This document shows, piece after piece, positions 12,001 through 23,263 of a DNA stretch of 64,000 bases. Made by a program: the position numbers and the translations under genes. The notes under the pieces are model-generated. The model did no database searches. It saw only the letters and a list, made by a program, of their open reading frames with translations, and had not been told where the DNA came from. Origin of the DNA: Eledone cirrhosa (taxonomy: Eukaryota); contig OZ024757.1 of the NCBI GenBank assembly GCA_964016885.1, forward strand, positions 10,106,001-10,170,000. Reading direction: 5' to 3'. Every line of letters starts with the position of its first letter. Position 1 is the first letter of the stretch.

Positions 12001-15000
12001 GGTTAAGTTAAGTTGGGGTTAAGTTAAGTAGGGGTTAAGTTAAGTTGGGGTTAAGTTGGGGTTAAGTTAAGTTGGGGTTAAGTTAATTTGGGGTTAAGTT
12101 AAGTTGGGGTTAAGTTAAGTTGGGGTTAAGTTAAGTTGGGGATAAGTTAAGTTCGGGTTAATTTAAGTTGGGGTTAAGTTATGTTGGGGTTAAGGTAAGT
12201 TGGGGTTAAGTTAAGTTGGGGTTAAGTTGGGGTTACGTTAAGTTGGGGTTAAGTTAATTTAGGGGTAATTTAAGTTGAGGTTAGGTTAAGTTGGGGTTAA
12301 GGTAAGTTGGGGTTAAGTTAAGTTGGGGTTAAGTTAAGTTGGGGGTAAGTTAAGTTAGGGGTAAGTCAAGTTGGGGTTAAATCAAGTTGGGTTTAAGTTA
12401 AGTTGGGGTTCAGTTAAGTTGGGGCTAAGTTAAGTTGGGGTTAAGTTGGGGTTAAGTTAAGTTGGGGTTAAGTTAAGTTGGGGTTAAGGTAAGTTGGGGT
12501 TAAGTTAAGTTGGGGTTAAGTTAAGTTGGGGGTAAGTTAAGTTGGGATTAAGTCAAGTTGGGGTTAAGTCAAGTTGGGGTTAAGTCAAGTTGGGGTTAAT
12601 TCAAGTTGGGGTTAAGTCAAGTTGGGATTAAGTCAAGTTGGGGTTAAGTCAAGTTGGGGTTAAGTTAAGTTGGGGTTAAGTTAAGTTGGGGTTAAGTTAA
12701 GTTGGGTTTAAGTTAAGTTGGGGTTAAGTTAAGTAGGGGTTAAGTTAAGTTGGGGTTAAGTTGGGGTTAAGTTAAGTTGGGGTTAAGTTAAGTTGGGTTA
12801 AGTTAAGTTGGGGTTAATTAAGTTGGGGGTAAGTTAAGTTAGGGGTAAGTTAAGTTGGGGTTAATTTAAGTTGGGGTTAAGTTAAGTTGGGGATAAGTTA
12901 AGTTGGGGTTAATTTAAGTTGGGGTTAAGTTATGTTGGGGTTAAGGTAAGTTGGGGTTAAGTTAAGTTGGGGTTAAGTTAAGTTGGGGTTACGTTAAGTT
13001 GGGGTTAAGTTAAGTTGGGGTTAAGTTAAGTTGGGATTAAGTCAAGTTGGGGTTAATCAAGTTGGGGTTAAGTCAAGTTGGGGTTAAGTCAAGTTTGGGT
13101 TAAGTTAAGTTGGGGTTAAGTTAAGTTGGGGTTAAGTTAATTTAGGGGTAATTTAAGTTGGGGTTAGGTTAAGTTGGGGTTAAGGTAAGTTGGGGTTAAG
13201 TTAAGTTGGGGTTAAGTTAAGTTGGGGGTAAGTTAAGTTAGGGGTAAGTCAAGTTGGGGTTAAATCAAGTTGGGTTTAAGTTAAGTTGGGGTTCAGTTAA
13301 GTTGGGGCTAAGTTAAGTTGGGGTTAAGTTGGGGTTAAGTTAAGTTGGGGTTAAGTTAAGTTGGGGTTAAGGTAAGTTGGGGTTAAGTTAAGTTGGGGTT
13401 AAGTTAAGTTGGGGGTAAGTTAAGTTAGGGGTAAGTCAAGTTGGGGTTAAATCAAGTTGGGTTTAAGTTAAGTTGGGGTTCAGTTAAGTTGGGGCTAAGT
13501 TAAGTTGGGGTTAAGTTGGGGTTAAGTAAAGTTGGGGTTAAGTTAAGTTGGGGTTAAGTTAAGTTGGGGGTAAGTTAAGTTAGGGGTAATTTAAGTTGGG
13601 GTTAAGTTAAGTTGGGGTTGAGTTAAGTTGGGGTTAAGGTAAGTTGGGGTTAAGTTAAGTTGGGGTTAAGTTAAGTTGGGGTTAAGTTAAGTTGGGTTTA
13701 AGTTAAGTTGGGATTAAATCAAGTTGGGGTTAAGTCAAGTTGGGGTTAAGTCAAGTTGGGGTTAATTCAAGTTGGGGTTAAGTCAAGTTGGGATTAAGTC
13801 AAGTTGGGGTTAAGTCAAGTTGGGGTTAAGTTAAGTTGGGGTTAAGTTAAGTTGGGGTTAAGTTAAGTTGGGTTTAAGTTAAGTTGGGGTTAAGTTAAGT
13901 AGGGGTTAAGTTAAGTTGGGGTTAAGTTGGGGTTAAGTTAAGTTGGGGTTAAGTTAAGTTGGGGTTAATTAAGTTGGGGGTAAGTTAAGTTAGGGGTAAG
14001 TTAAGTTGGGGTTAATTTAAGTTGGGGTTAAGTTAAGTTGGGGTTAAGTTAAGTTGGGGTTAAGTTAAGTTGGGGTTAATTTAAGTTGGGGTTAAGTTAA
14101 GTTGGGGTTAAGGTAAGTTGGGGTTAAGTTAAGTTGGGGTTAAGTTAAGTTGGGGTTACGTTAAGTTGGGGTTAAGTTAAGTTGGGGTTAAGTTAAGTTG
14201 GGATTAAGTCAAGTTGGTGTTAAGTCAAGTTGGGGTTAAGTCAAGTTGGGGTTAAGTCAAGTTGGGGTTAAGTCAAGTTTGGGTTAAGTTAAGTTGGGGT
14301 TAAGTTAAGTGGGGGTTAAGTTAACTTGGGGTTAAGTTAAGTTGGGGCTAATTTAAGTTGGTGTTAATTTAAGTTGGGGTTAAGTTAAGTTGGGGTTAAG
14401 TTAAGTTGGGGTTAAATTAAGCTGGGGTTAACTTAAGTAGGGGTTAAGTTAAGTTGGGTTAAGTTGGGATTAACTTAAGTTTGGGTTAAGTTAAGTTGGG
14501 GTTAAGTTAAGTTCGGATTGAGTCAAGTGTGGGGTTAAGTCAAGTTGGGGTTAAGTCAAGTTGGGTTTAAGTTAAGTTGGGGTTAAGTTAAGTTGGGGTT
14601 AAGTTAAGTTGGTGTTAAGTTAAGTTGGGGTTAAGTTAAGTTGGGGTTAAGTTAATATGGGGTTAAGTTAAGTTGGGGTTAAGTTAAGTTGGGGTTAAGT
14701 CAAGTTGGGGTTAAGTCAAGTTGGGGTTAAGTTAAGTTGGGGTTAAGTTAAGTTGGGGTTAAGTTAAGTTGGGGGTAAGTTAATTAAGTCGGGGGTAATT
14801 TAAGTTGGGGGTAAGTTAAGCTGGGGTTAAGTTAAATTGGGGTTAAGTTAAGTTGGGGTTAAGTTAAGTAGGGGTTAAGTTAAGTTGGGGTTAAGTTGGG
14901 GTTAAGTTAAGTTGGGGTTAAGTTAATTTGGGGTTAAGTTAAGTTGGGGTTAAGTTGGGGTTAAGTTAAGTTGGGGTTAAGTTAAGTTGGGGTTAAGTTA

Positions 15001-18000
15001 AGTTGGGGGTAAGTTAAGTTAGGGGTATATTTAAGTTGGGGTTAAGTTAAGTTGGGGTTAAGTTAAGTTGGGGTTAAGGTAAGTTGGGGTTAAGTTAAGT
15101 TGGGGTTAAGTTAAGTTGGGGTTAATTTAAGTTGGGGTTAAGTTAAGTTGGGGTTAAGGTAAGTTGGGGTTAAGTTAAGTTGGGGTTAAGTTAAGTTGGG
15201 GTTACGTTAAGTTGGGGTTAAGTCGAGTTTGGGTTAAGTTAAGTTGGGGTTAAGTTAAGTGGGGGTTAAGTTAACTTGGGGTTAAGTTAAGTTGGGGCTA
15301 ATTTAAGTTGGTGTTAATTTAAGTTGGGGTTAAGTTAAGTTGGGGTTAAGTTAAGTTGGGGTTAAATTAAGCTGGGGTTAACTTAAGTAGGGGTTAAGTT
15401 AAGTTGGGTTAAGTTGGGATTAACTTAAGTTTGGGTTAAGTTAAGTTGGGGTTAAGTTAAGTTCGGATTGAGTCAAGTGTGGGGTTAAGTCAAGTTGGGG
15501 TTAAGTCAAGTTGGGTTTAAGTTAAGTTGGGGTTAAGTTAAGTTGGGGTTAAGTTAAGTTGGTGTTAAGTTAAGTTGGGGTTAAGTTAAGTTGGGGTTAA
15601 GTTAATATGGGGTTAAGTTAAGTTGGGGTTAAGTTAAGTTGGGGTTAAGTCAAGTTGGGGTTAAGTCAAGTTGGGGTTAAGTTAAGTTGGGGTTAAGTTA
15701 AGTTGGGGTTAAGTTAAGTTGGGGGTAAGTTAATTAAGTCGGGGGTAATTTAAGTTGGGGGTAAGTTAAGCTGGGGTTAAGTTAAATTGGGGTTAAGTTA
15801 AGTTGGGGTTAAGTTAAGTAGGGGTTAAGTTAAGTTGGGGTTAAGTTGGGGTTAAGTTAAGTTGGGGTTAAGTTAATTTGGGGTTAAGTTAAGTTGGGGT
15901 TAAGTTAAGTTGGGGTTAAGTTAAGTTGGGGGTAAGTTAAGTTAGGGGTAAGTTAAGTTGGGGTTAAGTTAAGTTGGGGTTACGTTAAGTTGGGGATAAG
16001 TTAAGTTGGGGTTAATTTAAGTTGGGGTTAAGTTAAGTTGGGGTTAAGGTAAGTTGGGGTTAAGTTAAGTTGGGGTTAAGTTAAGTTGGGGTTACGTTAA
16101 GTTGGGGTTAAGTTAAGTTGGGGTTAAGTTAAGTTGGGATTAAGTCAAGTTGGGGTTAAGTCAAGTTGGGGTTAAGTCAAGTTGGGGTTAAGTCAAGTTT
16201 GGGTTAAGTTAAATTGGGATTAAGTTAAGTTGGGGTTAAGTTAAGTTGGGGTAAGTTAAGTTGGAATTAAGTCAAGTTGGGGTTAAATCAAGTTGGGGTT
16301 AAGTCGAGTTGGGTTTAAGTTAAGTTGGGGTTCAGTTAAGTTGGGGCTAAGTTAAGTTGGGGTTAAGTTGGGGTTAAGTTAAGTTGGGGTTAAATCAAGT
16401 TGGGGTTAACTCAAGTTGGGGTTAAGTCAATTTGGGGTTAAGTCAAGTTGGGATTAAGTCAAGTTGGGGTTAAGTCAAGTTGGGGTTAAGTTAAGTTGGG
16501 GTTAAGTTAAGTTGGGGTTAAGTTAAGTTGGGGTTAAATTAAGTTGGGGGTAAGTTAATTAAGTCGGGGGTAATTTAAGTTGGGGGTAAGTTAAGCTGGG
16601 GTTAAGTTAAGTTGGGGTTAAGTTAAGTTGGGGTTAAGTTAAGTAGGGGTTAAGTTAAGTTGGGGTTAAGTTGGGGTTAAGTTAAGTTGGGGTTAAGTTA
16701 ATTTGGGGTTAAGTTAAGTTGGGGTTAAGTTAAGTTGGGGTTAAGTTAAGTTGGGGATAAGTTAAGTTCGGGTTAATTTAAGTTGGGGTTAAGTTATGTT
16801 GGGGTTAAGGTAAGTTGGGGTTAAGTTAAGTTGGGGTTAAGTTGGGGTTACGTTAAGTTGGGGTTAAGTTAAGTTGGGGTTAAGTTAAGTTGGGATTAAG
16901 TCAAGTTGGGGTTAAGTCAAGTTGGGGTTAAGTCAAGTTGGGGTTAAGTTAATTTAGGGGTAATTTAAGTTGGGGTTAAGTTAAGTTGGGGTTAAGGTAA
17001 GTTGGGGTTAAGTTAAGTTGGGGTTAAGTTAAGTTGGGGGGTAAGTTAAGTTAGGGGTAAGTCAAGTTGGGGTTAAATCAAGTTGGGTTTAAGTTAAGTT
17101 GGGGTTCAGTTAAGTTGGGGCTAAGTTAAGTTGGGGTTAAGTTGGGGTTAAGTTAAGTTGGGGTTAAGTTAAGTTGGGGTTAAGGTAAGTTGGGGTTAAG
17201 TTAAGTTGGGGTTAAGTTAAGTTGGGGGTAAGTTATGTTAGGGGTAATTCAAGTTGGGGTTAAATCAAGTTGTGTTTAAGTTAAGTTGGGGTTCAGTTAA
17301 GTTGGGGCTAAGTTAAGTTGGGGTTAAGTTAAGTTGGGGTTAAGTTAAGTTGGGGTTAAGTTAAGTTGGGGGTAAGTTAAGTTAGGGGTAATTTAAGTTG
17401 GGGTTAAGTTAAGTTGGGGTTAAGGTAAGTTGGGGTTAAGTTAAGTTGGGGTTAAGTTAAGTTGGGGGTAAGTTAAGTTAGGGGTAAGTTAAGTTGGGGT
17501 TAAGTTAAGTTGGGGTTAAGTTAAGTTGGGGATAAGTTAAGTTGGGGTTAATTTAAGTTGGGGTTAAGTTATGTTGGGGTTAAGGTAAGTTGGGGTTAAG
17601 TTAAGTTGGGGTTAAGTTAAGTTGGGGTTACCTTAAGTTGGGGTTAAGTTAAGTTGGGGTTAAGTTAAGTTGGGATTAAGTCAAGTTGGGGTTAAGTCAA
17701 GTTGGGGTTAAGTCAAGTTGGGGTTAAGTCAAGTTTGGGTTAAGTTAAGTTGGGGTTAAGTTAAGTTGGGGTTAAGTTAAGTTGGGATTGAGTCAAGTTG
17801 GGGTTAAGTTAAGTTGGGGTTAAGTCAAGTTGGGGTTAAATCAAGTTGGGTTTAAGTTAAGTTGGGGTTCAGTTAAGTTGGGGCTAAGTTAAGTTGGGGT
17901 TAAGTTGGGGTTAAGTTAAGTTGGGGTTAAGTTAAGTTGGGGTTAAGTTAAGTTGGGGGTAAGTTAAGTTAGGGGTAATTTAAGTTGGGGTTAAGTTAAG

Positions 18001-18800
18001 TTGGGGTTAAGGTAAGTTGGGGTTAAGTTAAGTTGGGGTTAAGTTAAGTTGGGGTTAAGTTAAGTTGGGTTTAAGTTAAGTTGGGATTAAGTCACGTTGG
18101 GGTTAAGTCAAGTTGGGGTTAAGTCAAGTTGGGGTTAATTCAAGTTGGGGTTAAGTCAAGTTGGGATTAAGTCAAGTTGGGGTTAAGTCAAGTTGGGGTT
18201 AAGTTAAGTTGGGGTTAAGTTAAGTTGGGGTTAAGTTAAGTTGGGTTTAAGTTAAGTTGGGGTTAAGTTAAGTAGGGGTTAAGTTAAGTTGGGGTTAAGT
18301 TGGGGTTAAGTTAAGTAGGGGTTAAGTTAAGTTGGGGTTAAGTTGGGGTTAAGTTAAGTTGGGGTTAAGTTAAGTTGGGTTAAGTTAAGTTGGGGTTAAT
18401 TAAGTTGGGGGTAAGTTAAGTTAGGGGTAAGTTAAGTTGGGGTTAATTTAAGTTGGGGTTAAGTTAAGTTGGGGTTAAGTTAAGTTGGGGTTAAGTTAAG
18501 TTGGGGTTAATTTAAGTTGGGGTTAAGTTAAGTTGGGGTTAAGGTAAGTTGGGGTTAAGTTAAGTTGGGGTTAAGTTAAGTTGGGGTTACGTTAAGTTGG
18601 GGTTAAGTTAAGTGGGGGTTAAGTTAACTTGGGGTTAAGTTAAGTTGGGGCTAATTTAAGTTGGTGTTAATTTAAGTTGGGGTTAAGTTAAGTTGGGGTT
18701 AAGTTAAGTTGGGGTTAAATTAAGCTGGGGTTAACTTAAGTAGGGGTTAAGTTAAGTTGGGTTAAGTTGGGATTAACTTAAGTTTGGGTTAAGTTAAGTT
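1..18800 (+). repeat. Left satellite sub-domain: mosaic of re-shuffled sub-kb to multi-kb blocks
   Basis: The marker TTCGGATTGAGTCAAGTGTGGGG recurs at ~148, 3448, 5733, 9443, 10897, 14514 and 15464 and was not seen further right. The domain is rich in TCAAG runs and TAGGGG; GGCG, GGAG and TTGAG runs are essentially absent. The right boundary is approximate. Confidence 0.8.
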
Positions 18801-21800
18801 GGGGTTAAGTTAAGTTGGGGTTAATTTAAGTTGGGGTTAAGTTAAGTTGGGGTTAAGTTAAGTTGGGGTTTAGTTAAGTTGGGGTTAAGTCAAGTTGGGG
18901 TTAATTCAAGTTGGGGTTAAGTTAAGTTGGGGTTAAGCTAAGTTGGGGTTAAGTTAAGTTGGGATTAAGTTAAGTTGGGGTTAAATCAAGTTGGGGTAAA
19001 GTTAAGTTGGGGTTAAGTTAAGTTGGGGGTAAGTTAGGTTGGGGGTAAGTTAAGTTGGGGGTAAGTTAAGTTGGGGTGAAGTTAAGTTGGGGTTAAGCTA
19101 AGTTGGGGTTAAGTTAAGTTGGGGTTAAGTTAAGTAGGGGTTGAGTTAAGTTGGGGGTAAGTTAAGTTGGGGTTAAGTTAAGTTGGGGTTAAGTTAAGTT
19201 GGGGTTAAGTTAAGTTGGGGCTAATTTAAGTTGGTGTTAATTTAAGTTGGGGTTAAGTTAAGTTGGGATTAAGTTAAGTTGGGGTTAAGTTAAGCTGGGG
19301 TTAACTTAAGTAGGGGTTAAGTTAAGTTGGGGTTAAGTTGGGATTAACTTAAGTTTGGGTTAAGTTAAGTTGGGGTTAAGTTGGGGTTAATTTAAGTTGG
19401 GTTTAAGTTAAGTTGGGGTTAAGTTAAGTTGGGGTTTAGTTAAGTTGGGGTTAAGTCAAGTTGGGGTTAATTCAAGTTGGGGTTAAGTTAAGTTGGGGTT
19501 AAGCTAAGTTGGGGTTAAGTTAAGTTGGTGTTAGTTAAGTTGGGGTTAAGTTAAGTTGGGGTTAAGTTAAGTTGGGGTTAAGTTAAGTTGGTGTTAACTT
19601 AAGTAGGGGTTAAGTTAAGTTGGGGTTAACTTAAGTTGGGATTAACTTAAGTTGGGGTTAACTTAAGTTGGGGTTAAGTTGGGGTTAAGTTAAGTTGGGG
19701 TTAATTTAAGTTGGGGTTAAGTTGGGATTAACTTAAGTTTGGGTTAAGTTAAGTTGGGGTTAAGTTAAGTTGGGGTTAATTTAAGTTCGGGTTAAGTTAA
19801 GTTGGGGTTAAGTTAAGTTGGGGTTTGGTTAAGTTGGGGTTAAGTCAAGTTGGGGTTAAGTCAAGTTGCGGTAAAGTCAAGTTGGGATTAAGTCAAGTTG
19901 GGGTTAAGTCAAGTTGGGGTTAAGTTACGTTGGGGTTAATTTAAGTTGGGGTTAAGTTAAGTTGGGGTTTAGTTAAGTTGGGGTTAAGTTAAGTTGGTGT
20001 TAACTTAAGTAGGGGTTAAGTTAAGTTGGGGTTAACTTAAGTTGGGATTAACTTAAGTTGGGGTTAACTTAAGTTGGGGTTAAGTTGGGGTTAAGTTAAG
20101 TTGGGGTTAATTTAAGTTGGGGTTAAGTTGGGATTAACTTAAGTTTGGGTTAAGTTAAGTTGGGGTTAAGTTAAGTTGGGGTTAATTTAAGTTCGGGTTA
20201 AGTTAAGTTGGGGTTAAGTTAAGTTGGGGTTTAGTTAAGTTGGGGTTAAGTCAAGTTGGGGTTAAGTCAAGTTGGGGTTAAGTCAAGTTGGGATTAAGTC
20301 AAGTTGGGGTTAAGTCAAGTTGGGGGTAAGTTAAGCTGGGGTTAAGTTAAGTTGGGGTTAAGTTAAGTTGGGGTAAAGTTAAGTTGGGGTTAAGTTAAGT
20401 TGGGGTTAAGTTAAGTTGGGGTTAAGTCAAGTTGGGGGTAAGTTAAGTTGGGGTTAAGTTAAGTTGGGGTTAAGTTAAGTTGGGGTTAAGTTAAGTTGGT
20501 GTTAATTTAAGTTGGTGTTAAGTTAAGTTGGGGTTAAGTTAAGTAGGGTTTAAGTTAAGTTGGGGTTAAGTTGGGGTTAAGTTAAGTTGGGGTTAAGTTA
20601 ATTTGGGGTTAAGTTAAGTTGGGGTTAAGTTAAGTTGGGGGTAAGTTAAGTTAGGGGTAAGTTAAGTTGGGGTTAAGTTAAGTTGGGGTTAAGTTAAGTT
20701 GGGGTTAAGTTAAGTTGGTGTTAATTTAAGTTGGTGTTAAGTTAAGTTGGGGTTAAGGTAAGTTGGGGTTAAGTTAAGTTGGGGTTAAGTTAAGTTGGGG
20801 TTACGTTAAGTTGGGGTTAAGTTAAGTTGGGGTTAAGTTAAGTTGGGATTAAGTCAAGTTGGGGTTAAGTCAAGTTGGGGTTAAGTCAAGTTGGGGTTAA
20901 GTCAAGTTTGGGTTAAGTTAAGTTGGGGTTAAGTTAAGTTGGGGTAAAGTTAAGTTGGGGTAAAGTAGAGTTGGAATTAAGTCAAGTTGGGGTTAAATCA
21001 AGTTGGGGTTAAGTCAAGTTGGGGTTACGTCAAGTTGGGGTTAAGTCAAGTTGGGATTAAGTCAAGTTGGGGTTAAGTCAAGTTGGGGTTAAGTTAAGTT
21101 GGGGTTAAATTAAGTTGGGGTTAAGTTAAGTTGGGGGTAAGTTAAGTTGGGGTTAAGTTAAGTTGGGGTTAAGTTAATTTGGGGTTAAGTTAAGTTGGGG
21201 TTCAGTTAAGTTGGGGTTAAGTTAAGTTGGGGGTAATTTATGTTGGGGGTAAGTTAAGTTGGGGTTAAATTAAGTTGGGGATAAGTTAAGTTGGGGGTAA
21301 GTTAAGTTGGGGGTAAGTTAAGTTGGGGTTAAGATAAGTTGGGGTTAAGTTAAGTTGGGGTTAACATAAGTTGGGGTTAACTTATAGTTGGGGTTAAATT
21401 AAGTTGGGGTTAAGTTGTGGTTCAGTTGGGGTTAAGTTAAGTTGGGGTTAAGTTAAGTTGGGGTTAAGTTAAGTTGGGGTTAAGTTAAGTTGTGGTTAAG
21501 TTAAGTTGGGGTTAATTTAAGTTGGGGTTAAGTTAAGTTGGGGTTAATTTAAGTTGGGGTTAATTTAAGTTGGGGTTAATTTAAGTTGGGGTTAAGTTAA
21601 GTTGGGGTTAAGTTAAGTTGGGGTTAAGTTAAGTTGGGGTTAAGTTGGGGTTAAGTTAACTTGGGGTTAAGTTGGGGTTAAGTTAAGTTGGGGTTAAGTT
21701 AAGTTGGGGTTAAGTTAAGTTGGGGTTAAGTCAAGTTGGGGTTAAGTCAAGTTGGGGTTAAGTTAAGTTAGGGTTAAGTTAAGTTGGGGTTAAGTCAAGT

Positions 21801-23119
21801 TGGGGTTAAGTCAAGTTGGGGTTAAGTCAAGTTGGGGTTAAGTTAAGTTAGGGTTAAGTTAAGTTGGGGTTAAGTTAAGTTGGGGATAAGTTAAGTTGGG
21901 GTTAAGTTAAGTTGGGGTTAAGTTAAGTTGGGGTTAATTTAAGTTGGGGTTAAGTTAAGTTGGGGTTAAGTTAAGTTAGGGTTAAGTTAAGTTGGGCTTA
22001 AGATAAGTTGGAGTTAAGTTAAGTTGGGGTTAAGTTAAGTTGGGGTTAAGTTAAGTTGGGGTAAATTTAAGTTGGGGTTAAGTTAAGTTGGGGCTGAGTT
22101 AAGTTGGGGTTAAGTTAAGTTGGGGTTAATTTATGTTGGGGTTAAGTTTAGTTGGGGTTAAGTTAAGTTGGGGTTAAGATATGTTGGGGCTAAGTTAAGT
22201 TGGTGTTAATTGAAGTTGGGGTTAAGTTAAGTTGGGGTTAAGTTAAGTTGGGGTTAAGTTAAGTTGGGGTTAAGTTAAGTTGGTGTTAACTTAAGTAGGG
22301 GTTAAGTTATTTGGGGTTAACTTAAGTTGGGGTTAACTTAAGTTGGGGTTAAGTTGGGGTTAACTTAAGTTGGGGTTAAGTTAAGTTGGGGTTAAGTTAA
22401 GTTGAGGTTAAGTTAATTTGGGGTTAAGTTGAGTTGGGGGTAAGTTAAGTTGGGGGTAAGTTAAGTTGGGGTTAAGTTAAGTTGGGGTTAAGTTAAGTTG
22501 GGGGTAAGTTAAGTTGGGGTTAAGTTGGGGTTAAGTTAAGTTGGGGTTAAGTTGGGGTTAAGTTAAGTTGGGGTTAAGTTAAGTTGGGGTTAAGTTAAGT
22601 TGGGGTTAAGTTAAGTTAGGGGTAAGTTAAGTTGGGGTTAAGTTAAGTTGGGGTTAAATTAAGTTGGGGTTATTTTAAGTTGGGGTTAAGTTAAGTTGGG
22701 GTTAATTTAAGTTGGGGTTAAGGTAAGTTGGGGTTCAGTTAAGTTGGGGTTAAGTTAAGTTGGGGGTAATTTATGTTGGGGGTAAGTTAAGTTGGGGTTA
22801 AGTTAAGTTGGGGATAAGTTAAGTTGGGGGTAAGTTAAGTTGGGGGTAAGTTAAGTTGGGGGTAAGTTAAGTTGGGGTGAAGTTAAGTTGGGGTTAAGCT
22901 AAGTTGGGGTTAAGTTAAGTAGGGGCTGAGTTAAGTTGGAGGTAAGTTAAGTTGGGCTTAAGTTAAGTTGGGGTTAAGTTAAGTTGGGGTTAACTTAAGT
23001 TGGGTTTAACTTAAGTTGGGGTTAAATTAAGTTGGGGTTAAGTTGGGGTTAAGATAAGTTGGGGTTAAGTTAAGTTGGGGTTAAGTTAAGTTGGGCTTCA
23101 GTTAAGTTGGGGTTAAGTT

Positions 23120-23263
23120 AACTTAACCCCAACTTAACTTAACCCCAACTTAACTTAACCCCAACTTAACTGAAGCCCAACTTAACTTAACCCCAACTTA
23201 ACTTAACCCCAACTTAACTTAACCCCAACTTAAATAACCCACAACTTAACTTAACCCCAACTT
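23120..23263 (-). repeat. Inverted satellite segment, copy 1 (144 bp = 9 x 16; AACTTAACTTAACCCC units)
   Basis: Orientation flips at GTT|AAC (23119/23120) and flips back at CTT|AAG (23263/23264). It contains TGAAGCCC, the reverse complement of GGGCTTCA at 23093-23100. Confidence 0.97.

Noticed and set aside
23120-23263. Telomere-telomere fusion site (head-to-head G-to-C strand switch)
   Set aside because: Orientation reverts after only 144 bp, the downstream flank continues the paralogous uninverted sequence, and the reversed tract carries local markers. This indicates a local inverted duplication, not a chromosome fusion.
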